Source of the DNA: Candidatus Thorarchaeota archaeon
Lineage (GTDB): Archaea > Asgardarchaeota > Thorarchaeia > Thorarchaeales > Thorarchaeaceae
Reading direction: 5' to 3'
Assembly (NCBI GenBank): GCA_016840855.1
Contig: JAEORO010000015.1
Coordinates: 1 to 41,694 of the forward strand
DNA: 41,694 nucleotides
The notes beneath the pieces were generated by a model. The model made no database searches and was not told the origin of the DNA. It saw only the letters and a program-made list of their open reading frames with translations. Below, piece by piece: positions 9,954-18,741 of the stretch. A program made the translations under genes and the position numbers. Positions within the stretch are counted from its first letter, which is position 1. Each line of letters opens with the position of its first letter.

Positions 9954-10418
9954 ATGTTGAAAGGTGTATACGTGCTTATTATAGAAACAAAGCGTACTGT
10001 TAGGTTTCAAAAAAGATCAGGTGATGAAACAGTTTTTGAGCCAGGAGAGTGGGTATACATCGGTTCAGCGATGGGGAGTGGTTCTACAAGTATTGAAAAT
10101 AGACTGAGAAGACATTTTCGAAAAGATAAAACAAATTACTGGCATATTGACTATCTAATTAACGCTGCTACAAAAATCAAAGAAGCAATTTGGGCTGAGA
10201 GCAAAAAGTCTGCAGAATGTGATTTGGCACTAAGTATAGCAAATCATATTGGCTTTGAGGTTGGTCCAAGGGGATTCGGAGCCTCTGATTGTCAAAGGGG
10301 ATGCTTCACTCACATCTACCTCTATATAGGAGAGGAACAGCTGCTAGAAATCATGATGACCATTTTCAGGAGATTGAATCTTCATCCACATATCACCTGG
10401 AATGGGCAGATATCATAA
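9954..10418 (+). CDS. GIY-YIG (Uri/DUF123-type) endonuclease
   Basis: GVY...YIGSA, RLRRH, WHIDYL, GFGASDCxxxCxTH. Confidence 0.85.
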   Translation: MLKGVYVLIIETKRTVRFQKRSGDETVFEPGEWVYIGSAMGSGSTSIENRLRRHFRKDKTNYWHIDYLINAATKIKEAIWAESKKSAECDLALSIANHIGFEVGPRGFGASDCQRGCFTHIYLYIGEEQLLEIMMTIFRRLNLHPHITWNGQIS

Positions 10419-10486
10419 CAAGCTCCTGAGCAGCAAGTATTAAATGGCTCTAGCATTCATCATTTTCAAACTGGAGGAAGCAAGGA

Positions 10487-10720
10487 ATGCCAGACTGGAG
10501 GAGCATTTTTCAAGATCTGAAAAATACAGGACAAACATTTACTGTCTACTTGAGATATCAACAAAAAGACACCCTTGCTAAGATACCCAACGTAAGGGTT
10601 CAAGAGGTGTATGATGACCACGTAAGGTTGGAAAATCCGAGTGGTTACGGAGTTCTCGGGTATGAAGATATTCTTTATGTATCAATTCCGAGACAGTCAA
10701 TGTCAAATCCGCTACAGTGA
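10487..10720 (+). CDS. Small hypothetical protein, possibly Sm/LSm- or SH3-like beta barrel
   Basis: 77 aa, GGAGG SD, upstream TATTAAAT; N-terminal helix followed by beta-strand pattern. Confidence 0.7.
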   Translation: MPDWRSIFQDLKNTGQTFTVYLRYQQKDTLAKIPNVRVQEVYDDHVRLENPSGYGVLGYEDILYVSIPRQSMSNPLQ

Positions 10721-10810
10721 GTAAGAACTCAAAGACCCTACTGCTAAGGTTTAATTAGCAAATGGCATTCTTAAGCGTACAGTCCAGACAATTAGTTGGT
10801 GTAAATAGAA

Positions 10811-11770
10811 GTGTCATCACTAGTATACATCCCAATTGAAAACGAACGTGTCCTTAGTCAACATCAGGAGTATATCCTGACCAACTACAGATGGATACAG
10901 TTTGATAGAGGGTCACGGACAAGTGCAAGTCTCCCACTACACATTGTCAAAGAGTACAAATTAACTACAAACTCTGCTATGTGCAAAGTTGTAAACGGAA
11001 TTGTTAATTTTGTAGGAGCAATGCCAAGACGGGAGGAGTTACGTGCCGCTCTTGGACTTCGTGAGTTTGATAATCTCAGGGTTGGAGGGCAGAGAAAAAT
11101 CTGTGAAGTAAGTGGTGTACCATTTATACATCCTGAACACCCCTATAATCGATGGATTTCAATTGGGTTCCATAGACCATTTTCAAGACACTTCTATCAG
11201 ACATTTGCTTGGCTGAAAGGGGAAGAAGTCTTTACCTATCATCCTGGAAGTTTCATACTTACAAACTATCGACTCTATCAATACGATGCGGGATCAAAGA
11301 AGATGTTCATTTTTCCACTTCATATGGTTGAAACATTTGAAGCAAGAGGAAATGAAATTAAGCTAAAAGCAACAACGGGTAAATTCAAAATCAGAGGAAA
11401 AGTTCCACGACAGGACCATCTGCTGAGTGTATGGCAAACTCGTGCATGGAGTCCTATTTCTAAGGAACATCTAGACTGGCTCGTTCGACCATATAGCTAT
11501 ATCACGCCGCATCATCCATTATCGCAGTATTATGTCAGCGATAGTGCAACAGTCACACCGACTCCAGTGGCTCAAGAAACAACTCAAGAGATGCAGGTTT
11601 CCGCGGGGTCTGGAGGGGCAGGTACAGTATTTGTTAAACCCGCTATCAAAGACAGATGCACCAATTGCTCCGCCCCAATGTCATGGGAGCAGATAGATTG
11701 GACTGGTCCGGACCAATACGCTTGCCCGTCCTGCGGTCACACACATCGGGTAGACTATATCCGCATGTGA
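10811..11770 (+). CDS. Protein with two PH-like repeats and a C-terminal zinc ribbon
   Basis: Repeated YILTNYRW / FILTNYRL followed by LPLHIV / FPLHMV; CTNC...CPSC at C-terminus. Confidence 0.7.
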   Translation: MSSLVYIPIENERVLSQHQEYILTNYRWIQFDRGSRTSASLPLHIVKEYKLTTNSAMCKVVNGIVNFVGAMPRREELRAALGLREFDNLRVGGQRKICEVSGVPFIHPEHPYNRWISIGFHRPFSRHFYQTFAWLKGEEVFTYHPGSFILTNYRLYQYDAGSKKMFIFPLHMVETFEARGNEIKLKATTGKFKIRGKVPRQDHLLSVWQTRAWSPISKEHLDWLVRPYSYITPHHPLSQYYVSDSATVTPTPVAQETTQEMQVSAGSGGAGTVFVKPAIKDRCTNCSAPMSWEQIDWTGPDQYACPSCGHTHRVDYIRM

Positions 11771-11776
11771 GGATCT

Positions 11777-13669
11777 TTAGGAGTGGGCTTTAGTCCACTC
11801 CATTGAGAGTCTTTTGATTGTTTTCTCCGTCGGGAGACCTGTTTCTAAATCCCAGCCTCTAAGTTTGTAATATTCGTCAAGCATGGGATCAAGATCAACA
11901 GTCTGTCCCTTCCCTGGGCCCTCAGGCATCGGCTCTTTAGTAAACCTATCAGGAAGTCTGTCATCCTTGCGTGTGATTCCTTCGCGGTTGTTGAAAAGAC
12001 GCTTCAGTGTTATCTGACGTTCTGCAATCTCTATTAGATTCTCAACTTTTCCAAGTTTCTTCTCGCCAGTGGCAAGAGGTAACATTTCTGCGAAGTCTTC
12101 CATCCAAAATATTGGTGGCCAAGATACTGAATACCAGCACACAATCAGTGTGTCTCTGATACAATATGAATTCTCACTCTCAAAAACAGCGACTGCTTTA
12201 TACTTCTCAGTATAAGGATCGATTATCTCTGGAAGTTTATCAGCACCCCATCTCTTTGCTGCAACATCCTCGTACCCGAGTTGATCAACAACAACCAAGC
12301 TTCTGAGATGGTCAGCACCTCTTGCGGCTGTAGCATGACCTAGCCCGATGCTCCGATGAGTGCGACCATCCTGACCAGAAACCTCCATCCCTTTTACATG
12401 AATAGCATACTTTTCCGAACCTTTGCCAATGGTGTCAGCAGCTCTCTTGCTTCCTTCTGCTAGAAGATTTCCAAAATCCCTTCGTTCAGCAATCATCTCC
12501 AATAGATGGATAGCTTGTTCTCTATTACCCCATTCTAACTTGAGACCATTAGTGTCATTCTCTGTGATGATACCATTCTCAAAAGCTTCAATCGCAAAAC
12601 CAATTGTTGCTCCTGCAGATATAATATCCATTCCATATCGATTACAAATCTGATTCGCCTTTAGAGTAGTCGCATAATCGTCAATACCAAGTGAGCTACC
12701 AAAAGCCATCAAGCCTTCGTATTCAGGACCCTCCTCAAGGGTACCTGCAAATGGCCCTGTTCGGACATAATTAACCTTCTTACATCCGAGGCTACAACCA
12801 AAACACGCCCTGTCAGAAATTGTAAATCTGGGTCGGATATAATCGCCAGTTAGCTTTTCATAGCCCGGAAAAACTCCTGTACGATGATTATAGGTTGGTA
12901 ATTCGCCAATCTCTTCTTTCACTGCAGTTAAGATCCATGTACCCCATTTGCCCATCTCTCTAGCCTGTGGATTCTCACGCACTCTCAAATGCGCTTTCTT
13001 TGCTAACTCGACAAATCCTTCATGGTCATAAACGTCAATTCCACCATGACCACGGATTGCAATTGCTTTCACATTCTTGGCTCCAAGAACAGCTCCCATA
13101 CCAGTACGCCCAGCTGCTCGGGCGTGATTCACCATCACTGATGCAAACCGAACCAGACGTTCACCAGCAGGACCAATTGCTGCAACTTGAAGATCAGGAT
13201 CTTTGTGTGCTTTTTTGATATTAATGGTGGTCTTATCTGTGGTTGTGCCCCATAACTTAGTAGCATCTTGGAGCTCTAGATGGGAGTCTTCAATGTGGAG
13301 ATATACAGGACTTTCCGACTTACCTTCAATAACCAACAAGTCATATCCAGCATATTTCAATTCAGGACCCAAGAATCCACCAACATGACTTTCACCCCAA
13401 ATACCAGTGAGAGGAGCTTTCGAGATGAAAACAGTCCTGCCACTCATAGGCCACATGGTTCCAGTGATTGGTCCTGTTGCCACAATGAGTTTATTTTCCG
13501 CTCCTAACGGATCAGCACCAGGGGGTAATTCTTCAAAGAGAATCTTGGCACCAAACCCATCTCCGCCTATATAGTCCTTTATCCATTTGGTAGGAAGCGG
13601 CTCAGTGTATAGCTTATTATCAGTTAAGTTAATGCGCAGAATCTTTCCCATGTAGCCGCCTTTAGTCAC
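11777..13669 (-). CDS. aor: Tungsten-containing aldehyde:ferredoxin oxidoreductase (AOR family)
   Basis: GKILRINL, GRTGMGAVLGAKNVKAI, CFGCSLGC, GPEYE, CNRYGMD, DDRLPDRF, YYKLRGWD; likely GTG start at 13669. Confidence 0.93.
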   Translation of the reverse strand: MTKGGYMGKILRINLTDNKLYTEPLPTKWIKDYIGGDGFGAKILFEELPPGADPLGAENKLIVATGPITGTMWPMSGRTVFISKAPLTGIWGESHVGGFLGPELKYAGYDLLVIEGKSESPVYLHIEDSHLELQDATKLWGTTTDKTTINIKKAHKDPDLQVAAIGPAGERLVRFASVMVNHARAAGRTGMGAVLGAKNVKAIAIRGHGGIDVYDHEGFVELAKKAHLRVRENPQAREMGKWGTWILTAVKEEIGELPTYNHRTGVFPGYEKLTGDYIRPRFTISDRACFGCSLGCKKVNYVRTGPFAGTLEEGPEYEGLMAFGSSLGIDDYATTLKANQICNRYGMDIISAGATIGFAIEAFENGIITENDTNGLKLEWGNREQAIHLLEMIAERRDFGNLLAEGSKRAADTIGKGSEKYAIHVKGMEVSGQDGRTHRSIGLGHATAARGADHLRSLVVVDQLGYEDVAAKRWGADKLPEIIDPYTEKYKAVAVFESENSYCIRDTLIVCWYSVSWPPIFWMEDFAEMLPLATGEKKLGKVENLIEIAERQITLKRLFNNREGITRKDDRLPDRFTKEPMPEGPGKGQTVDLDPMLDEYYKLRGWDLETGLPTEKTIKRLSMEWTKAHS

Positions 13670-13670
13670 C

Positions 13671-14180
13671 TTATTCCACTCCACTAGACTCTTGTGCAGT
13701 TCTTTCAATTTCTCTTAGATAACTTGAGATCTTGCTATGGCGATCGATTGAAGGGGCAACAGAAACCTCAGAGTAAGTTATTGCTCCAGTTGGACAAACA
13801 TTAGCACATTCTGGATCACCATTGCAGTGATCACACTTGATTATCTTCATTCTATGAGTGTCTAGCAGAATGACTCCATTCACACATACTCCGACACAGG
13901 ACTTACATAAAATGCATTTGTTCTCATCTAGATATGTCATCTTTGCTATCGGATCCCGGCGTATTGCATATACTGGACAGATATCTACACAAGGAGCAGT
14001 TTCGCAGGGACCACAAACATTGGGTAGGTCTATTCCAAGGTCATCATATCGGACAATCTTAAGTCTTGCAAGACTTGGCTGGAATCGACCTTCTTTTTTT
14101 GCTGAACACGCAAGTTCACAGATGCGGCAACCAGTGCATTTTGTAAAGTCAACGACAAGATGTGATGGCAATAAGTCCAC
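13671..14180 (-). CDS. 4Fe-4S dicluster electron-transfer subunit associated with AOR
   Basis: CTGCRICELAC, CGPCETAPCVDICP, CILCKSCVGVC, KCDHC...CANVCP; directly upstream of aor. Confidence 0.92.
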   Translation of the reverse strand: MDLLPSHLVVDFTKCTGCRICELACSAKKEGRFQPSLARLKIVRYDDLGIDLPNVCGPCETAPCVDICPVYAIRRDPIAKMTYLDENKCILCKSCVGVCVNGVILLDTHRMKIIKCDHCNGDPECANVCPTGAITYSEVSVAPSIDRHSKISSYLREIERTAQESSGVE

Positions 14181-14280
14181 CTCGTTGCATTGTCATTCTA
14201 TCAATTCAACACTAAAATGCTTCGGAGTATCTATACGGTTTATTAGGAATGAGGTACTACAAACGAAACCGGTGAATATT

Positions 14281-14667
14281 ATGTCAGAGGAAGAAAATAT
14301 CGAGGAAGGTACAGACAAAAAGAAAGGTAAGAAAGTCGACTATTGCGAGGTTGAATTCGAAATTGGTAATATCGAGTTTGAAGCAAAAGGTCGCAGCATA
14401 GTTGTTGAACGAATGTTTAGAATGTTATTAGAGAAGATAGAAGAAGGAAAACTTGTAGCTGAATTCAGACTACAAGATATTGATGAGGAGGAGGAAGAGG
14501 AAGAAGAAGAGGAAGAACTTCCACCAATGGAATACTTTGAAGAAACAGAGGAATCAGAGTATTCTTCCGAAGATTCATCATTAGACCCGCCCCCTGCTTG
14601 GGATACCTTGGAAACTGAGGAACCAGATGTTTCTGATGCTGAACGTGAAGAACTAGGTCTCGAGTAA
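14281..14667 (+). CDS. Small highly acidic hypothetical protein
   Basis: ATG at 14281 after GGTGA SD; short beta-beta-alpha domain then poly-Glu tail; the track's upstream extension is antisense to the Fe-S gene. Confidence 0.7.
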   Translation: MSEEENIEEGTDKKKGKKVDYCEVEFEIGNIEFEAKGRSIVVERMFRMLLEKIEEGKLVAEFRLQDIDEEEEEEEEEEELPPMEYFEETEESEYSSEDSSLDPPPAWDTLETEEPDVSDAEREELGLE

Positions 14668-14680
14668 TAGTAGCACTGAA

Positions 14681-15760
14681 CTATTCCACAGGTACAACCC
14701 AATCATGAGGGTCTTCTCGTTCACCTGACTGAATTCCAATTAGATCATCGAAGAGTTGCTGAGTCAATTTACCGGTTTTCCCATTGGCAATCTGATTTGG
14801 CTGGTTCTTGTACCATAAAGACCCAACTGGAGCTATGATTGCTGCGGTTCCACAACCAAACATCTCTAGGACTTTGCCAGTGTGGATACCTTCAATCACC
14901 TCATCAATCGATATTTGTCTCTCATTCACTGAATAGCCATAGTCCGTACATAACGTAAGTACTGAATCACGAGTGACACCGGGAAGAATAGAACCTGAGA
15001 GTGGAGGTGTGGCAACCTCATCGTCAAAGCGGACTACTATGTTCATAGTACCAATCTCTTCTAACCATCTGTGCTCCAGAGCATCTAGCCATAGAACCTG
15101 AGAACATCCAACCTTGGACGCATCTGTTCCAGCAAGTAAACCTGCAGCGTAATTTCCACTTGCCTTTGCTGCACCCGTCCCGCCCTTTACTGCACGAACA
15201 TATTTGTCACTAACAAAAATCTTCACAGGTGCGAATCCTTCCTTGAAGTAAGGACCTACTGGACTAAGTATGATATAGTAAAGATACTCGGCTGAAGGAC
15301 GAACGCCAAGCTTGGGTTCAGTTCCAATCATGGTAGGGCGAATGTAGAGAGAACTACCTGGCACTTCAGGAACCCAATCAGAGTCAATCTTCAGTAACTC
15401 CTTAAGTGAGTGTAAGGCAAAGTCAATATCTAACTTTGGCATCACCATCCGTTCTGCAGATAAATTGAGCCGCTTGAAGTTCATATCGGGTCGGAAAAGA
15501 AGAACACTCTCACCCCTACGATAAGCTTTCATCCCTTCAAAGATTCCCTGTCCATAATGGAGACATAATGCAGCAGGGCTTAGGGAGAGAGAACCGTATG
15601 GATGAATCCTTGCATTAGTCCAATGAACCCCATTATGAATCATTGAAAACATATGATCAGAAAAGATGGTACCAAATGTTACTTGCAAAACATCACTTGG
15701 CTTTTCTTTTCTTTCATCTTTTGGAACAAGGTTGATGTCGATGTTCACTCTCAAGCACAA
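14681..15760 (-). CDS. ilvE: Branched-chain amino acid aminotransferase
   Basis: LHYGQGIFEGMKAY, LYIRP, AKASGNY (PLP Lys), ILPGVTR, FGCGTAA. Confidence 0.95.
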   Translation of the reverse strand: MCLRVNIDINLVPKDERKEKPSDVLQVTFGTIFSDHMFSMIHNGVHWTNARIHPYGSLSLSPAALCLHYGQGIFEGMKAYRRGESVLLFRPDMNFKRLNLSAERMVMPKLDIDFALHSLKELLKIDSDWVPEVPGSSLYIRPTMIGTEPKLGVRPSAEYLYYIILSPVGPYFKEGFAPVKIFVSDKYVRAVKGGTGAAKASGNYAAGLLAGTDASKVGCSQVLWLDALEHRWLEEIGTMNIVVRFDDEVATPPLSGSILPGVTRDSVLTLCTDYGYSVNERQISIDEVIEGIHTGKVLEMFGCGTAAIIAPVGSLWYKNQPNQIANGKTGKLTQQLFDDLIGIQSGEREDPHDWVVPVE

Positions 15761-15897
15761 CAGTTATCGATGATACATATCTGCCTCTTAAGCGGATAGG
15801 TTTTTTTAAATTCTACAAAGATTGGTAGATATAGTGTCTTAGAAAATACCTTAAGTCAGACAATTACTGATGAACAAGATTATTGGAGTCAGATAAG

Positions 15898-16503
15898 ATG
15901 AGTCATCATGAAGGAGCTCCACCTGAAGATGTATACTATGTCGATCCAAAAGAGGTGTTATCTCAATATAGTGTGGAGTGGATTTCTCTCAGGAAATCAT
16001 ATGAAGAGATAAAGAATCAACTTCTTGATGTTCAAGCTGAACTCAGCCAAATTGACCGGCAACTGGAAAATGGTGAAATCACGGATCAAGAACACATAAC
16101 ATTGTACCGTGAGAAATGGTCTGAATCAACTCAGATTGTACAAGTGAAAAGAGAAGTGGAAAGTCGGTTATACGAGATTCAGAAAGAAATTCGTGCAGCT
16201 AATAGACAATTAAAACAAGCTGAAGAAGAACGTCAAAGAAGAGAGAGAGTGGAAGAAGAAAAGTCTCATGCAATGATTGAATGGATGTCTCTCAAGCAAG
16301 GATTTGATTTGGTAACAGCTCGACGGAACGAGATAAACGCAGAATCTGATAAACTTGAAATCTTGAGGCGAAGCGGAAAAATCTCCGAAGAAAAATATAG
16401 AGAAAACCGTATTCAGCACATTCGACAGCTGGCTGAACTTAGCACTGTTGAATCTGACGTGAAGCGAAGACTTGCTGAACTTTTAGAAATCATTAAACGA
16501 TAG
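15898..16503 (+). CDS. Coiled-coil protein with two SHOCT-like G(E/K)I(T/S)xxx(H/Y) turns
   Basis: ATG at 15898; heptad pattern; internal repeats EWISLRKSY / EWMSLKQGF and NGEITDQEH / SGKISEEKY. Confidence 0.7.
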   Translation: MSHHEGAPPEDVYYVDPKEVLSQYSVEWISLRKSYEEIKNQLLDVQAELSQIDRQLENGEITDQEHITLYREKWSESTQIVQVKREVESRLYEIQKEIRAANRQLKQAEEERQRRERVEEEKSHAMIEWMSLKQGFDLVTARRNEINAESDKLEILRRSGKISEEKYRENRIQHIRQLAELSTVESDVKRRLAELLEIIKR

Positions 16504-16518
16504 TCACTCAATAGTTAA

Positions 16519-16557
16519 GAAAAGGAAAATTGCAGTACCCGGAAACGGGCACTGCAA
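16519..16557 (-). terminator. Stem-loop plus U-tract downstream of gdhA, between convergent genes
   Basis: TTGCAGTGCCCG-TTTC-CGGGTACTGCAA followed by TTTTCCTTTT on minus strand. Confidence 0.7.
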
Positions 16558-16565
16558 ATCTCAAT

Positions 16566-17918
16566 CTATGCGCGATGACCTTGATCACTCATCGCCTCTG
16601 CAACTTTCAGGAAGCCTGCGATATTCGCACCAACGACATAATTGCCCTTCTTACCAAAAAGCTCTGATGTCTTGTATGCATTAGCATGAATGTTCTGCAT
16701 GATTTGGTGCAATTTGGCATCAACCTCTTCACGGGTCCAGAAGAAGCGCTGACTATTCTGAGCCATCTCAAGACCAGAAACTGAAACTCCACCTGCATTA
16801 GCAGCTTTCCCAGGCCCAAAGAGAATATTGTTCTCAATAAAGATTTCAACACCTTCTGGGACTGTGGGCATATTGGCACCCTCACCAACAGCTAGCACAC
16901 CATTATCGACAAGCATTTTTGCTTCCTTTGCGTCGACTTCATTTTGGGTGGCACTTGGAAGTGCAATATCACACTTGAGGCTCCATGGAGTCCCTTCTTT
17001 GGTTTCAGTGTAATCCACCTTGAAGTGCTCAGCATATTCCTTGATGCGGCCTCTTCTAACATTCTTCAAATCCATGATCCATGCTAGTTTTTCTTCATTA
17101 ATACCATCTGGATCGTGAATCCAACCGGTCGAGTCGCTCATTGCAATAACCTTTGCACCTAACTGAATACACTTCTCAGTAGCATATTGAGCAACATTAC
17201 CAGAACCAGAAACCACAGCAATCTTACCTTTCATATCTTCGCCACGAGTCTTGAGCATCTCCTGAACAAAATAGACACAACCAAAACCAGTTGCTTCAGG
17301 TCGAATCAGAGAACCACCCCAACCAGCACCCTTACCAGTTAGGACACAGGTGCCATGATTGTTCGTAATTTTTCGGTATGCACCATATAGATACCCAATC
17401 TCACGAGCTCCTACTCCAATGTCTCCAGCAGGCACATCTATGAATTGTCCAACGTGCCTGTAGAGCTCAAACATTAGACTCTCGCAGAAATTCTCAACTT
17501 CCGCATCTGTCTTGCCTTTTGGATCAAAATCAGATCCACCTTTACCACCACCCATCGGTAGTGTTGTAAGGCTGTTCTTAAAGACCTGCTCAAACCCAAG
17601 GAATTTCAAAACACCTTGTGTGACTGTAGGATGAAAACGAAGACCCCCTTTATAGGGTCCAATGGCAGAGTTGAATTGAATTCTATATCCACGGTTAACC
17701 TGTATCTTGCCATCTCTATCCTTCCAAGGAATACGGAACTGAATAATACGTTCAGGTTCAGTAATTCTCTCAAGGATAGAGTACTCTTCATACTTAGGAT
17801 ATTTTTTGATTGCAGGCTCTAGGGATTCTAGAACTTCTAAAACAGCTTGATGGAAGACCTTTTGATCAGGATCTTTCTCAACAACGCGGTTGTAAACAGA
17901 TTCAATATATTTGTCCAA
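16566..17918 (-). CDS. gdhA: NADP-specific glutamate dehydrogenase
   Basis: GPYKGGLRFHP, MGGGKGGSDFDPK, DVPAGDIGVG, RPEATGFG, SGSGNVA, KAANAGGV; likely TTG start at 17918 (450 aa). Confidence 0.96.
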   Translation of the reverse strand: MDKYIESVYNRVVEKDPDQKVFHQAVLEVLESLEPAIKKYPKYEEYSILERITEPERIIQFRIPWKDRDGKIQVNRGYRIQFNSAIGPYKGGLRFHPTVTQGVLKFLGFEQVFKNSLTTLPMGGGKGGSDFDPKGKTDAEVENFCESLMFELYRHVGQFIDVPAGDIGVGAREIGYLYGAYRKITNNHGTCVLTGKGAGWGGSLIRPEATGFGCVYFVQEMLKTRGEDMKGKIAVVSGSGNVAQYATEKCIQLGAKVIAMSDSTGWIHDPDGINEEKLAWIMDLKNVRRGRIKEYAEHFKVDYTETKEGTPWSLKCDIALPSATQNEVDAKEAKMLVDNGVLAVGEGANMPTVPEGVEIFIENNILFGPGKAANAGGVSVSGLEMAQNSQRFFWTREEVDAKLHQIMQNIHANAYKTSELFGKKGNYVVGANIAGFLKVAEAMSDQGHRA

Positions 17919-18099
17919 AGGAACACACTCACCATTAGTTAACTTCGCATGGGGCGCGTTAGGACTTCCACATAAATCAATCGGAATCGGACCTGAGCAT
18001 GAAAAGCCTCTAAAACTATTGTTTTTATCCATCCAACAAATTCTTTGTAAGACAAACAGTCATTAGTCCTCTTAGTCTATGAAAACTGGGCAGACAGAG

Positions 18100-18741
18100 A
18101 TGCCAACATTTGAGCAGGAATGGATTAGTCCAATCTTAGAAGTTTACAAAAAGAGAAAAATCACAGAGAGTTATTCTGTAATTTTAGGTCTCAATCCTAT
18201 AGGACAGGCACTTTGTAGAAGATTGTACGAGAATAATGAGTTTGAAACCGTACTTCTTTTCAACTCTCCTGCATTTTCATCATGGAATAGGTATCCAATA
18301 GATCTGAAACCTCCAGTTGTTCCAGTTCACGGTATGATAGCTGAAGACCTGATGATAATATTTGGAGATGTAATGATAAAGGAATATGATTGGATGACGG
18401 ATTTGTTATTCTACCTCCGGGGGAATGTGCCAACAAGATTTGTAATTTCATTAATGACACATGATGGTCCTACCTGTGGGCAAGTGCTTTCGAAAAAAGG
18501 AGACCGCTTGTTGAAGAGAATGGATGTTCCACTTGGCAGGTCTGATTTCTATGATGCAATAACAGCACCTCTCATTAGTGCTGGAAGTGCCGCGGGCTTG
18601 GATCCTGTGGTTCTTTTCCTTGAAGAAACGAAAGATCGTGAGATACTACTTCAAATCGATGATATAACTGTCACACAGGCAGATGTTGATGAAGCACATA
18701 TGCTCCTCCAGAGAGGATTAGATTTTCAACTAGTCGGATAA
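18100..18741 (+). CDS. Hypothetical protein, possibly a divergent PAC2/PbaB proteasome-assembly-chaperone-like fold
   Basis: Pattern ILGLNPIG...LMIIFGD...ITAPLISAG...PVVLF loosely matches the PAC2 family; real ORF, tentative function. Confidence 0.5.
   Translation: MPTFEQEWISPILEVYKKRKITESYSVILGLNPIGQALCRRLYENNEFETVLLFNSPAFSSWNRYPIDLKPPVVPVHGMIAEDLMIIFGDVMIKEYDWMTDLLFYLRGNVPTRFVISLMTHDGPTCGQVLSKKGDRLLKRMDVPLGRSDFYDAITAPLISAGSAAGLDPVVLFLEETKDREILLQIDDITVTQADVDEAHMLLQRGLDFQLVG

Noticed and set aside
9954-10418. GIY-YIG gene as a homing endonuclease or mobile element
   Set aside because: Matches the common stand-alone archaeal DUF123 type; no intron, intein or flanking repeats visible
13858-14280. 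N-terminal extension of the 269-aa ORF
   Set aside because: Antisense shadow of the Fe-S gene; the SD-supported start is at 14281
17919-18032. Extended N-terminus of GdhA
   Set aside because: Family similarity begins near LDKYIE; TTG at 17918 has an upstream GGTGAG
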